The notes beneath the pieces are model-generated. The model did not search any database, had not been told where the DNA came from, and worked only from the letters and a program-made list of their open reading frames with translations. This document shows positions 28,967 through 38,149 of a DNA stretch of 64,000 nt, in pieces (the first letter of the stretch is position 1; every line of letters starts with the position of its first letter). The translations under genes were made by a program, and so were the position numbers. The stretch is from an uncultured delta proteobacterium (GTDB lineage Bacteria; Desulfobacterota; Binatia; UBA9968), in NCBI GenBank assembly GCA_963737905.1, contig CAVTUQ010000034.1, positions 32,001 to 96,000 on the forward strand, given 5' to 3'.

Positions 28967-29980
28967 TCATAAATCCAGGGTCTCTTTGGCGAACAACTCT
29001 TCCACTTTCATCTTGCGCGGCGTGAGCCCTTGTTCCTGGGAAAAGCCGATAAGCGTTTCGAGCATCGCCGAGTTGGCTTTCACGCCGTAAGGGAACGGAT
29101 CATCGCCCAAAATGCCCTGTGTCGTCGCGAGATATTCAGCGCCGAAAAAGAGCGCAGCCGGTATCCGCTCCGGCAGAGTTTTTGTCGCGTACGCTTTTGC
29201 AGCAACGAAAGCGTCGTACAATTTGAGCGTGACTCCCGGATGCTCCCGATAGACGTCACCGCGAATGATGTAAGCGTGGTTGACCGGAACAAAACCGTAC
29301 TTCCCGACGAAGCGTTTGGCTTCTGCGATCGGATCGGGGAATAAAGGTTTGACTTTGCTCCAGTCGCCTTCGCTGCCGCGTATGTGAGTCGAGCGATCGA
29401 TGACGTTCACCGCCCGTGAAAGGTGTCCGGCAATGGGCGCGGCGTCGATTTCGTGATTCACCAGCATGGTTGCCATGCTCTTGTCCGGCGGTATGCGATG
29501 CAATGATATTCCCGGGGGCGGTGTGAATCCCGTGGCGCCGCCGTGGCTCAACTCGTCGGTTCGTTCCATGTACCAGTCGACTTTGTACTGCGACACGCCG
29601 AAGTCGTGGTCCAATATACCGCGCGCCCAGAGGGCTGCGGTCTGCTGGTACTCGCCGACGCCGATGCGCTTATCCAAGAGGTCGCCGGGCTTCGTGACGC
29701 CGGAGTCGACATGATAGGAAAGGTCGGTATGGAAAAAACGGCGGCTTGGAAAAACGGGAAGCGCAATCATGTCCACGCCGCGCGAGCGCGCGATCAAGTA
29801 GGAGGACATGGACATTTCCGCCACTTGAAATTCTTGGAACTTGAGCTGGCGCCAAAAAGTCTCCGAAGGGTGAGAATAGGTCGGGATGATATCGATACCG
29901 TCGGCTTTGATGGTCCCGTCCATGAGCGGTTCAACGCGCTCGTTGAAATTGGAGACGAAGCTCAAAGTTAAGTCTGGCAT
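28967..29980 (-). CDS. 4,5-dihydroxyphthalate decarboxylase-like protein, paralog
   Basis: Same motifs; colinear with 27896-28909. Confidence 0.8.
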   Translation of the reverse strand: MPDLTLSFVSNFNERVEPLMDGTIKADGIDIIPTYSHPSETFWRQLKFQEFQVAEMSMSSYLIARSRGVDMIALPVFPSRRFFHTDLSYHVDSGVTKPGDLLDKRIGVGEYQQTAALWARGILDHDFGVSQYKVDWYMERTDELSHGGATGFTPPPGISLHRIPPDKSMATMLVNHEIDAAPIAGHLSRAVNVIDRSTHIRGSEGDWSKVKPLFPDPIAEAKRFVGKYGFVPVNHAYIIRGDVYREHPGVTLKLYDAFVAAKAYATKTLPERIPAALFFGAEYLATTQGILGDDPFPYGVKANSAMLETLIGFSQEQGLTPRKMKVEELFAKETLDL

Positions 29981-30044
29981 CCTTTGATCTCTTTCTAACC
30001 CACGCTTTGGCGCGCCGGCATTTTCTTGGCTGAAACGAGGAAAG

Positions 30045-30246
30045 ATTTGACCTTTGAGTTGTTTTTACTGAATCGAAAAGAAGAATACTCGCGCAAAGCA
30101 TGTCCTGAGCGGTGTCGAAGGGACGCAAAGCACGCCAAGTTCGGATAAACAAGAAAAAGGTCTTTTTCTTTTGCGCCTTGGCGTCTTGGCGCGATCAATT
30201 TTCTTGCCGTGGGTTTGTTGAACATAAAAAAAGGTAGAATTTACTC
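30045..30246 (-). repeat. Composite palindromic element with a 23-bp mini-insert at 30099-30121
   Basis: TCGCGCAAAG[CATGTCCTGAGCGGTGTCGAAGG]GACGCAAAGCACGCCAAG ... TTGCGCCTTGGCGTCTTGGCGCGA; reverse complement aligns loosely with 18002-18212. Confidence 0.6.
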
Positions 30247-31256
30247 TACAAATCGAGCGTGCTTTCAGCGAATAATTCTTCGACGGTCATTCTTCTCGGT
30301 GTCAGCCCTTGCTCGTGAGAAAATGCAATGATCGTGTCGAGCATCGCCTTGTTGGCCTTGATGCCGTAAGGAAAGGGGTCGTCGCCGAGCATTTCGCGTG
30401 TCATCGCAGCATACTCCGGCGCGAAGAAAAGCGCCGTCGGAATACGCTCGATCAGTTTCTCACGAACGAGCGCCTTGGCCTTGACGAAGCCGGTGTAGAG
30501 ATTAAACGCGACCCAGGGATATTTTTTGTAGATGTCCCCGCGAATAATGTACGCATGGTTGACCGGTAAAAATCCGTGTTGTTTATAGAAACGCGCACCT
30601 TCTGCCATGCGATCCGGAAACAGCGGTTTGATTTTGCTCCAATCTCCTTTGCCGGCGATACGACTGGAGCGATCCAGCGCATTGGCTTGGAGCACCCAGG
30701 GGCTCGCCACATGGGCGACGTCCAATTCGTTTTCGAGTAGGGTCGATGCCAGGCTCTTGTTTGCCGCGATACGGTTAAATGATATGCCGGGAGGCGGCTT
30801 GAAACCTGTAGCGGCGCCGTGGCTCATCTCCTCGCTTCGTTCCATATACCAGTGAATCTTGTACTGGGAGACGCCAAAGTCATGTTCCAAAATGCCCCGT
30901 ATCCAAAGCGCCGCCGTTTGTTGATACTCCGCCACGCCCAGGCGTTTGTCGGCAAGGTCTTGGGGTTTCCTGATCCCCGAGTCGACGTGATAGGAAAGCT
31001 CGGTTTGAAATAAACGCCGGCTTGGAAAAACCGGCAGCGCGATCATATCGGCGCCCTGGGAGCGGGCGATTAGAAAGGAAGACATCGACATCTCCGCCAC
31101 TTCGAATTCGCCAAACTTAAGCTGCCGCCAGAACGTCTCTGCGGGATGGGAGTATGTCGGAATCAGTTCGATGCCCTCGGCCTGGACTGCTCCGTTCATC
31201 AGAGGCTCGACCCGCTCGTTGAACGCGGAAATGAATCCTAACGTAAGCTTCGACAT
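30246..31256 (-). CDS. 4,5-dihydroxyphthalate decarboxylase-like protein, paralog
   Basis: Same motifs; colinear with the two downstream copies. Confidence 0.8.
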   Translation of the reverse strand: MSKLTLGFISAFNERVEPLMNGAVQAEGIELIPTYSHPAETFWRQLKFGEFEVAEMSMSSFLIARSQGADMIALPVFPSRRLFQTELSYHVDSGIRKPQDLADKRLGVAEYQQTAALWIRGILEHDFGVSQYKIHWYMERSEEMSHGAATGFKPPPGISFNRIAANKSLASTLLENELDVAHVASPWVLQANALDRSSRIAGKGDWSKIKPLFPDRMAEGARFYKQHGFLPVNHAYIIRGDIYKKYPWVAFNLYTGFVKAKALVREKLIERIPTALFFAPEYAAMTREMLGDDPFPYGIKANKAMLDTIIAFSHEQGLTPRRMTVEELFAESTLDL

Positions 31257-31265
31257 GACTCTTAG

Positions 31266-31508
31266 CCCAGATTATTCACCATACGAAGCAAAAGCATGAC
31301 AGAGTTTAGAGCGAGGAGTGAGCCTCGAAGCGAGCGGGCACAGGAGCGTAAAGCCCGCTGACTTAAGGGGTCCTTGGCTAAAAGCTCGCGTTTCTTACGC
31401 ATCGTATGCTTCACCACCCAAGTTTGCAGGCCTTCTCAAGGTAGAGACCCATTGCCCGCGACCGGAGAGGCTTACTCCTCGGTTGTTTTGCCCCCTGAAT
31501 AATGCGGG
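31266..31508. mobile_element. 243-bp MITE-like element with terminal inverted repeats and a long internal rod structure
   Basis: Ends CCCAGATTATTCA / TGAATAATGCGGG; flanks CTTAG / TTTAG; stems CGAGGAGTGAGCCT/AGGCTTACTCCTCG and GCGGGCA/TGCCCGC. Confidence 0.7.
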
Positions 31509-31521
31509 TTTAGGATCCCCG

Positions 31522-32220
31522 CTAAAATCCGTCGATCGACCAAATATCGTAGAGCAACTCCATGCGCCGAAAAGTATGCTTCCTTGTTTGCTCCTGAAGG
31601 TGCGGCGAAGCGATATAACGCACGGCGATTTCTTCGGCGAGGCTGCTGTGCTCTTCATCCGCTTCCGAGTGCACGGTGAAAAACCGGACGTCGTCGGGCT
31701 TCATGTTGTATTGTTTGATAAATCCATGCCCCAACGCTGCCGCCGCCGGGCCGAAGGTTCCCTCCGCGCCGATCTGGATCGCCATGACAACAAACCACGG
31801 CAAGGTGTGGATGATCAATTCGACATAGTAGAGGTGGGCCGCTGTGGAAGGCCGCAGTACGGCGTCTTCGAGTTGTTGCTTTGTCAGACCGATGGACTCG
31901 GCGAATCGGATCGCCAGTTCATTATGGCCGGCGCTGCCGGTGTCCATGCCGCGGGTTTCTTCCTCGACGACACCCCACAATTTCTGAGCGATCTCGGGGT
32001 CGGTGCAGGCCAGGTAGCGCAACATCGCAATGCGCGGCACTGCCGCACGGAACTGATAGTCCTGGATCGCCCAGGCGCGGATTTGATCCATGGTGGCCGT
32101 GCCTGCGCACACGGCTTTTAGGAATGGATGCTTGATGCGAATCTTGGGAAATGCCTGTATCTCTTTCTTGAGTTGTTCTACGAACTGCGCTGATGAAATG
32201 TTTTGCGACTGCGTAGTCAT
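31522..32220 (-). CDS. Heme-oxygenase-like diiron (TenA/PqqC/CADD-fold) redox enzyme
   Basis: HPFL, EEE...H.EL..RFA..IG, E, FF.VHSEADEEH ligand pattern. Confidence 0.8.
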   Translation of the reverse strand: MTTQSQNISSAQFVEQLKKEIQAFPKIRIKHPFLKAVCAGTATMDQIRAWAIQDYQFRAAVPRIAMLRYLACTDPEIAQKLWGVVEEETRGMDTGSAGHNELAIRFAESIGLTKQQLEDAVLRPSTAAHLYYVELIIHTLPWFVVMAIQIGAEGTFGPAAAALGHGFIKQYNMKPDDVRFFTVHSEADEEHSSLAEEIAVRYIASPHLQEQTRKHTFRRMELLYDIWSIDGF

Positions 32221-32321
32221 TGTGGTTCCTCCTGTTTTCCAGCCTGGGTCTATGCCAGGGGAAACGCCTTCCTGTGCTTTAACCGTTTTGAGTTTCTAAT
32301 ACAAACATTGAAAGCACCGAG

Positions 32322-33434
32322 CTAATCAACGGGCATCCAACTTCCCGCTCCAGCCGACTGCTCCACGGCATCCAGCACTTTCTGTGCTTCCAGTCCATCG
32401 CGGAAGCTGGGAGCAGGCTGCTCTCCCGTTCTAATACCATGAGCGAGTCGACGGGTTAAATTGGCAAAAATAGCTTCTCTCGGCATACGCCTCGATCCCG
32501 AGAGGTTCAAATTCTCTGTCAATCGTTCAGGGATAGGTACAGGCTGAGTATTCCCGTCACCCTGTGCGCCCCAAAGCTCACCGATCATCCAGTCAGGCTT
32601 TGCCCGATTCACTTGAGCTCGCAACATGCCGTCGTTACCCAAGATTCGAATCTCTTGATAAGCGCTGCCACGCGCCGCCGCATTCGCTGTAAAGGAAACT
32701 AATCCTCCTCCGGTCAGTTCCCCGATGAAGAGTGCGCAATCCTCCACCGTGACTTCGCGTTTTCCAGAACCATCGGCGACCGGTCTTGCCTTGGTAAATA
32801 TCGCTTGCTGGCCGCACACCCGTTTGAAGTCACCGGCGAGCCAACGCACCAAATCAACCAAGTGGACTCCCACGTCGCCCATGGCCCCAAAACCCACTAC
32901 TTCCTTCTGATCGCGCCACGCGAACGGCAGGTTGGGATCGGCCCGCCGCTCCGTAAACCAACTAGCTTCCACGTGGAGGACACGACTCCCGATGTACCCT
33001 TCTTGAATAAGCTCTTTCATCCGGTAAAAGGCCGGGACAAAGCGAAAATTAAAGGAAGTCATGTGAATCAGGCGCGCTTCTTCGGCCCGCTGCAACATCG
33101 CCGCCGCCTCTTCCTTGTTCATCGCCAGCGGTTTTTCGCATAGAACCGAGACACCGTGATCAAAGGCTTCACGCGCCATGGCGAGATGAACGTTGGTCGG
33201 CGTGGTCAAGCTCACGGCATCAAGATCTGCGTGTGAAAACATCTCCCGGTAATCGGTGAACACGTGCGGGATGCCAAATTCCCGCGCGACTCTCTCGGCA
33301 CTGGCCTGTGTGCGCTGGCAGAATGCCGTAACCTCTACCCCCGGGGTTGCCTGGTACGCCAATATGTGAGTCCGGCCAAAACCGCCACCGACAACACCTA
33401 CCTTGATAGTTCTCTCTTGGCTTATTTGTGCCAT
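32322..33434 (-). CDS. Gfo/Idh/MocA family oxidoreductase
   Basis: VGVVGGGFG, VLCEKPLA, GAMGDVGVH. Confidence 0.9.
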   Translation of the reverse strand: MAQISQERTIKVGVVGGGFGRTHILAYQATPGVEVTAFCQRTQASAERVAREFGIPHVFTDYREMFSHADLDAVSLTTPTNVHLAMAREAFDHGVSVLCEKPLAMNKEEAAAMLQRAEEARLIHMTSFNFRFVPAFYRMKELIQEGYIGSRVLHVEASWFTERRADPNLPFAWRDQKEVVGFGAMGDVGVHLVDLVRWLAGDFKRVCGQQAIFTKARPVADGSGKREVTVEDCALFIGELTGGGLVSFTANAAARGSAYQEIRILGNDGMLRAQVNRAKPDWMIGELWGAQGDGNTQPVPIPERLTENLNLSGSRRMPREAIFANLTRRLAHGIRTGEQPAPSFRDGLEAQKVLDAVEQSAGAGSWMPVD

Positions 33435-33699
33435 CGCAATCCTTTCCCCCGAATCTATTTGGTCGCGCCTAATTCTTTTCGGGCATTGTTTAGGAAGCTA
33501 CAAAAAAAACCCATCGCGCGCACCCACCCGGTGATAGCGGGCCTCGATTTGATGACCGCCTCCCGTGTGAGCGCGCCGACGCAACAGAATGCTTTTCTCC
33601 GCTATTTGAATCGTGGCCGGGAATTGCGCTGGAGCCAACGCCTTCTGCTCATCAGCTTCCACGTGCTCCAGCGGAGTTTAGAGGTCTTGCGGTTGTTAT

Positions 33700-34563
33700 T
33701 TAAGAACCGACTGCGGCTCGAAGCGGCGCGGGCTGCTCGGAAAATCCTTGCTTCAGCCACCACTCCGCGATCTCGATGCCGGTTGCGAACCAAACGCCCT
33801 GATGTCCCTTCATGTATTCGATCATTTCTCGCAACGCGCTGGTCCGTCCAGCTCTGCTGGATACATAGGGATGTAACTGAAACGTGGTGAAAGTGGGCGC
33901 TATCGAAGATTCCCGATAAAGCTCGTCGAAGAAACGCTTCCACAGTGCCAACGCGTTATCCGGATGATCGCCGGCTCGGTTCTGGTGGCCATAGAGCCTG
34001 CCGTCGCCAAAAGGTTGGCGCGGAAGCTCGACTAACCTCGATTGCCCGTTCTCCCAGACGAAAGGAAAATCGTCGGCGAACGAATTGCTGTTCCAGATAA
34101 AGCCTTCCTCCATGAGAATCTCTACCGTATTGACGCTTTGAGTACAGGTGCGCCAACCCAGCGGACGTTTCCCGGTCCGCTTGATCAGCATGTCCGTTGT
34201 GCGCCGGGTCACCTCTTTTTCTTCCTGTCTGGACAAATCGCGGGCGATCTCGTGATGGTAACCATGGCCGGCAATTTCATGCCCCTGTTCGGCGATCGCT
34301 TTCATTGCATCTGGATATCTTTCAGCGATGCCGCCGCAGGTCAAAAAAGTCGTCTTGACTTTGACTTCGTCCAACATTCTGAGAATCCGCCAGATGCCGG
34401 TTTTCGGTCCGTACTCGGCCTCGGCATAATCCTCGTTGTTCATTTTGCCGCTGGCAAGAGGCCTGACGGGCTCTCCACCTTGAAAATCGAAAGTTATCGC
34501 CACCGTCATCCGACGATTTTCCGGCCAGAATATTTTTCCCTTTGCGTGATTCTCTGTGATCAT
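33700..34563 (-). CDS. Polysaccharide deacetylase family protein (PuuE-like)
   Basis: VAITFDF, EYGPKTGIWRIL, GHEIAGHGY.H, LHPYVS. Confidence 0.85.
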   Translation of the reverse strand: MITENHAKGKIFWPENRRMTVAITFDFQGGEPVRPLASGKMNNEDYAEAEYGPKTGIWRILRMLDEVKVKTTFLTCGGIAERYPDAMKAIAEQGHEIAGHGYHHEIARDLSRQEEKEVTRRTTDMLIKRTGKRPLGWRTCTQSVNTVEILMEEGFIWNSNSFADDFPFVWENGQSRLVELPRQPFGDGRLYGHQNRAGDHPDNALALWKRFFDELYRESSIAPTFTTFQLHPYVSSRAGRTSALREMIEYMKGHQGVWFATGIEIAEWWLKQGFSEQPAPLRAAVGS

Positions 34564-34713
34564 CCTTTGATCTCCTTTTAAATTCCTCGACGAAGTTTCC
34601 TACCACTATTTTGGAACATATTACTCTCATTCAAGACATGTCAACAACCGAGTTCTTACTAAACATCGCCATAGAGACTCGAATTTCGAGGCGAGCCAAT
34701 TTTGCCTCCACAA

Positions 34714-35430
34714 CTACGGACGGTCTTTAAGCCGACTCAGGTAATATTCCCAGCCGCGCATGGGAAAACGCTGGTCGGCGTTGTAGACTTCCAACTCTTC
34801 GGCAGTCAGATACTTCGGTTGGCCATGAAGCAACGCCAGGTGATTCCATTCACCGAGCATGGCGAGCCGGGTCGTGCGCTCGATAACCTGCTCGATGCTC
34901 GCGCCGACCACCGAATCGCCGTGAGCGCGCATTAAAACCACCGGCCCGTCGCCCAAAGACGCGGCCAGCTCGTTGCCGCGCTCCACTGTGCGGACGAGTC
35001 CGATGCCCTGATACACCGGAGGCCCATCGGCGGAGAGAAACTTGCCATAGTGGTGCATAGGCTTTAGCTTGATCGGCAGCACGCTGAAAATCGTGCTCCA
35101 CTTCGAGTGTGTATGCGCCACGCTGTCCACGTCGGGACGCGCCTTTAGAATGCACGCATGAATCGGCCATTCGTTAGGCGGTGTCTTCGCGCCGCCCAGA
35201 TAGTTGCCGTCGAAATCTTGCATAATCAGCCGGTCCATGGTCACGCAGCCCGGGCTGACATTGGCGATGGTGATAAATGCATCCACTCCAGGCACACGCA
35301 CGCTGATATGGCCATAACCGTCGGTCACTCCTTCGTGATCGAGAATGTGACAGGCGGTGATCAATTTTTGCGTCAACTCTTTTAGTTCCGATGAATCTAA
35401 AGCGGGTACATTCGCTCGATTTGCTACCAT
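34714..35430 (-). CDS. Class II aldolase/adducin family protein
   Basis: GYGHISVR, EWPIHACI..ARPDV..VAHTH, LMRAHG. Confidence 0.85.
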   Translation of the reverse strand: MVANRANVPALDSSELKELTQKLITACHILDHEGVTDGYGHISVRVPGVDAFITIANVSPGCVTMDRLIMQDFDGNYLGGAKTPPNEWPIHACILKARPDVDSVAHTHSKWSTIFSVLPIKLKPMHHYGKFLSADGPPVYQGIGLVRTVERGNELAASLGDGPVVLMRAHGDSVVGASIEQVIERTTRLAMLGEWNHLALLHGQPKYLTAEELEVYNADQRFPMRGWEYYLSRLKDRP

Positions 35431-35566
35431 GAACACTCCTTCGGTATGGACGAATCTAGTTATGCGGCAATCTATTTGCGCACTCTGAGGCTGTCAAGCG
35501 TACGCGCGAGCTGTGTGCAGCCGACTTTACTTTTATTGACATCGAAAAACGAAGCCCCTATCCTTA

Positions 35567-35776
35567 ATGCGCATGATCTACATTCGCATCGCAGAAAAGC
35601 ACGATGCCAAGGGTTTTCTCCTGCTGGCAAAGAGCGGCGCTTCCATCACTTGCCTGCCTGATAATATTTACGGAGCAGCTCCTGAACACATCCGGATACT
35701 GAAGCGAAATCGGATTCCTTTCAAAAAATTGCCTCCCAAAAGCGTGCACCTTCCTAAGTCTTCTCTCGCTGCATGA
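35567..35776 (+). CDS. Small hypothetical protein
   Basis: 69-aa ORF filling the gap between the two aldolase paralogs, on the opposite strand. Confidence 0.5.
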   Translation: MRMIYIRIAEKHDAKGFLLLAKSGASITCLPDNIYGAAPEHIRILKRNRIPFKKLPPKSVHLPKSSLAA

Positions 35777-35852
35777 AAAAGTATGAGATCTTCGCACGAT
35801 TTAGTTAATGAGTCTAGTGAGTCTAATTCCGGCTAATCTGCTGCGCTGCGAA

Positions 35853-36572
35853 TCAAGAGCGGCGCTCCCGCGCTCTGCTTAAATAATATTCCCACGGGCG
35901 AGCTGGGAAAGCCTGGTCGGCGGAGAAAGTCGCCAGTTCCTCTTCGGTCATGTAAAGCGGCTCGCCATGGGCCACGGCCATATGCGCAAGCTCGCCAAGA
36001 AAAGCAAGTTGAATAGTGCGCAGGATCGCTTGCTCGAGGCTAGCACCGACCACCGCGTCACCGTGCGCCCGCATCAAGACCGCCGCGCTGGCTTCCAAAG
36101 CGGCTGCCAGCGCTTCTCCACGTTCGACAGTGCCGATGAGTCCCGATCCCGGGTAGATGGGCGGACCTGCGGCGGGAAGAAATTTCGCGTACATGTGGAC
36201 GGGGCGAAGGCCGCCTTTCAAGACGCTGAAAAGCGAGCTCCATTTCGAGTGGGTGTGGCAAACGCTCATCACGTCCGGACGAGCGCGCATGATACACGCG
36301 TGAATCGGCCACTCGTAAGGCGGCGATTTTTCTCCGCCGAGATAACGGCCGTCGAAGTCGAGCATGACGAGCCGATCCAAAGTCGCACAGCCGGGGCTTA
36401 CGCCGGCCAGGGTAAGAAAAGCTTCGGTTCCTGGAATGCGCACGCTCACGTGACCGAAGCCATCGGTGATGCCTTCGTGATCGAGAATGTGAGAGCCATC
36501 GACCAGTTTCTCCTTGAGTGCTTTGAGTTCGCTGGAATCGAAAGCGGGTACATTTGAGTTGAAGCTGTCCAT
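35853..36572 (-). CDS. Class II aldolase/adducin family protein, paralog
   Basis: GFGHVSVR, EWPIHACI, VCHTH, LMRAHG. Confidence 0.85.
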   Translation of the reverse strand: MDSFNSNVPAFDSSELKALKEKLVDGSHILDHEGITDGFGHVSVRIPGTEAFLTLAGVSPGCATLDRLVMLDFDGRYLGGEKSPPYEWPIHACIMRARPDVMSVCHTHSKWSSLFSVLKGGLRPVHMYAKFLPAAGPPIYPGSGLIGTVERGEALAAALEASAAVLMRAHGDAVVGASLEQAILRTIQLAFLGELAHMAVAHGEPLYMTEEELATFSADQAFPARPWEYYLSRARERRS

Positions 36573-36858
36573 GCAAGCTCCTTATGGTTGGTTGATCGTT
36601 TACTTGGTTCTATTGGCCGACCATCGAGGTGTCAAGGCAACGATTGTTTTGTGTAACGATTGTTTTGAAAAGCGGCACGCCCTCCCCCAACTCCTTGCTG
36701 CAGTCTGCGCTCTGCGCCTTCTGGTCGAACTGGAAGGATCTGTTGAATACTGAAATTATTTGCGATCAACATGCTTGTTGCATGTGAGGACGGTTCGTCT
36801 TTCTTTGAGAAAGGCCGTGTCAAAAAAGAGTTTATCGGCAAGGATTTGGTAACCGCTG

Positions 36859-37035
36859 CCGTGCTACACCGCGGGCTGATATCTGGATACACCGCCCCAC
36901 AGGCAGCGTTTGTCGGGACAAGAGATTGACAAGGCGACGCTTGTTGGCGGATATTGCAGCTGTTTTTGCTCTTCCTCGATTGCGGGTTCCTGGATACGCC
37001 GCCGGAAGAGCCGGCAGTTCACTTAATAGTTAGGC
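36859..37035 (+). promoter_or_regulatory. 177-bp leader, copy 2: Pc-like promoter, hairpin and putative attI-like site
   Basis: About 12 substitutions versus 13600-13776; TTGACA at 36926; ends CACTTAATA/GTTAGGC. Confidence 0.7.
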
Positions 37036-37058
37036 GGCCGAAAGTCAGGAGGACGCCG

Positions 37059-37918
37059 ATGATGGATCCGATCAGACGCAAGATACTGAAAACGGGCGCC
37101 GCGGCGACGGCGATGGCCGCGGCGCCGCGCGTGTTTGCTCAGCAGACCGGGCAGGGAGGAGCTGCCATGTCCTTCTACGAAAAGGGCCCCGTTCGCATCC
37201 ACTATGAGGAGGCCGGTTCCGGCTTCCCGTTGTTGCTCATCGCCGGCGGGGGACTGAACTCGACGATCTCCGGCTTGACCACCGCCCTTTCAACCCGATC
37301 GAGGAGTTCAAGGGAGAGTACCGCTGCATCGCGGCGGACCTGCGCAACGCCAATGCCGGCCAGTCCTCCGGCCCGCTCGAGATCGACCGGCCGTGGGATT
37401 CATACACCGATGACCATCTCGGCCTGATGGATCACCTGGGCATCGACAAGTTCATGGTGATGGGTTTCTGCATTGGCGGCCCCTTCATCTGGAACCTCTT
37501 GAAGCGGGCGCCCGATCGTGTTGTCGCGGCCGTGCTGGCGCAGCCCGTCGGGTTCCGGCCGGAGATGCCCAACGTCCTCTACGACAGCAGCATGACCGGC
37601 TGGGGTCCGGAACTGGTCAAGCGCCGGCCCGAGATCACGATGGAGATGGTCGAGAAATTTCTGACCAAGATGTACCGCACCAACCCCGACTTCGTCTTCA
37701 CCGTGACGCGCGATTTCGTGCGCAATTGCCAGACGCCCGTCCTGATCCTGCCGGACGATATCCCGGCGCATCCGTACGCCGTCGCCATGGAGGCCGCGAT
37801 GCTCGCGCCGAAGGCCGAAGTGAGCATGTTCCCGTGGAAGGAGCCCAAGGAGCGGATTCCCCTGGCGGTGCGCCAGATACGTTCCTTCCTCCGGGCGCAT
37901 CGGCCTGCTTCTGCTTAG
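37059..37918 (+). CDS. Alpha/beta hydrolase with a twin-arginine-like leader (cassette; frameshift near 37285)
   Basis: IRRKILK..., IHYEEAGSGFPLLLI, DHLGIDKFMVMGFCIGG. Confidence 0.8.
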
Positions 37919-37980
37919 ACGGTGGTGTCTATACGATAAGGGGCTGACGCGCGGTGACCGCGTTGCACCTTGCTCATGCC

Positions 37981-38034
37981 GTATAACCTTGCGCCGCAGC
38001 CGACGGCGGCCGGTGCATCGCACCGCCGTTAGAC
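37981..38034 (+). mobile_element. attC site (54 bp, probably internally deleted)
   Basis: R'' GTATAAC ... R' GTTAGAC; internal ACGGCGG/CCGCCGT stem. Confidence 0.7.
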
Positions 38035-38149
38035 AGCAGAGAAGTCTTCAATGAACAATTCCGAGGACACAATGTTCGAGAGGTGTTGGACGGCTGGAGT
38101 GGGAATCGGCGATATTCTTGCTGGTTTCTTTGTCCCAACGGAGAAGTCG

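Noticed and set aside
31266-31508. 6S RNA
   Set aside because: The rod-like fold is suggestive, but there are two dispersed copies, one with terminal inverted repeats, and no recognisable 6S motifs; needs an Rfam search.
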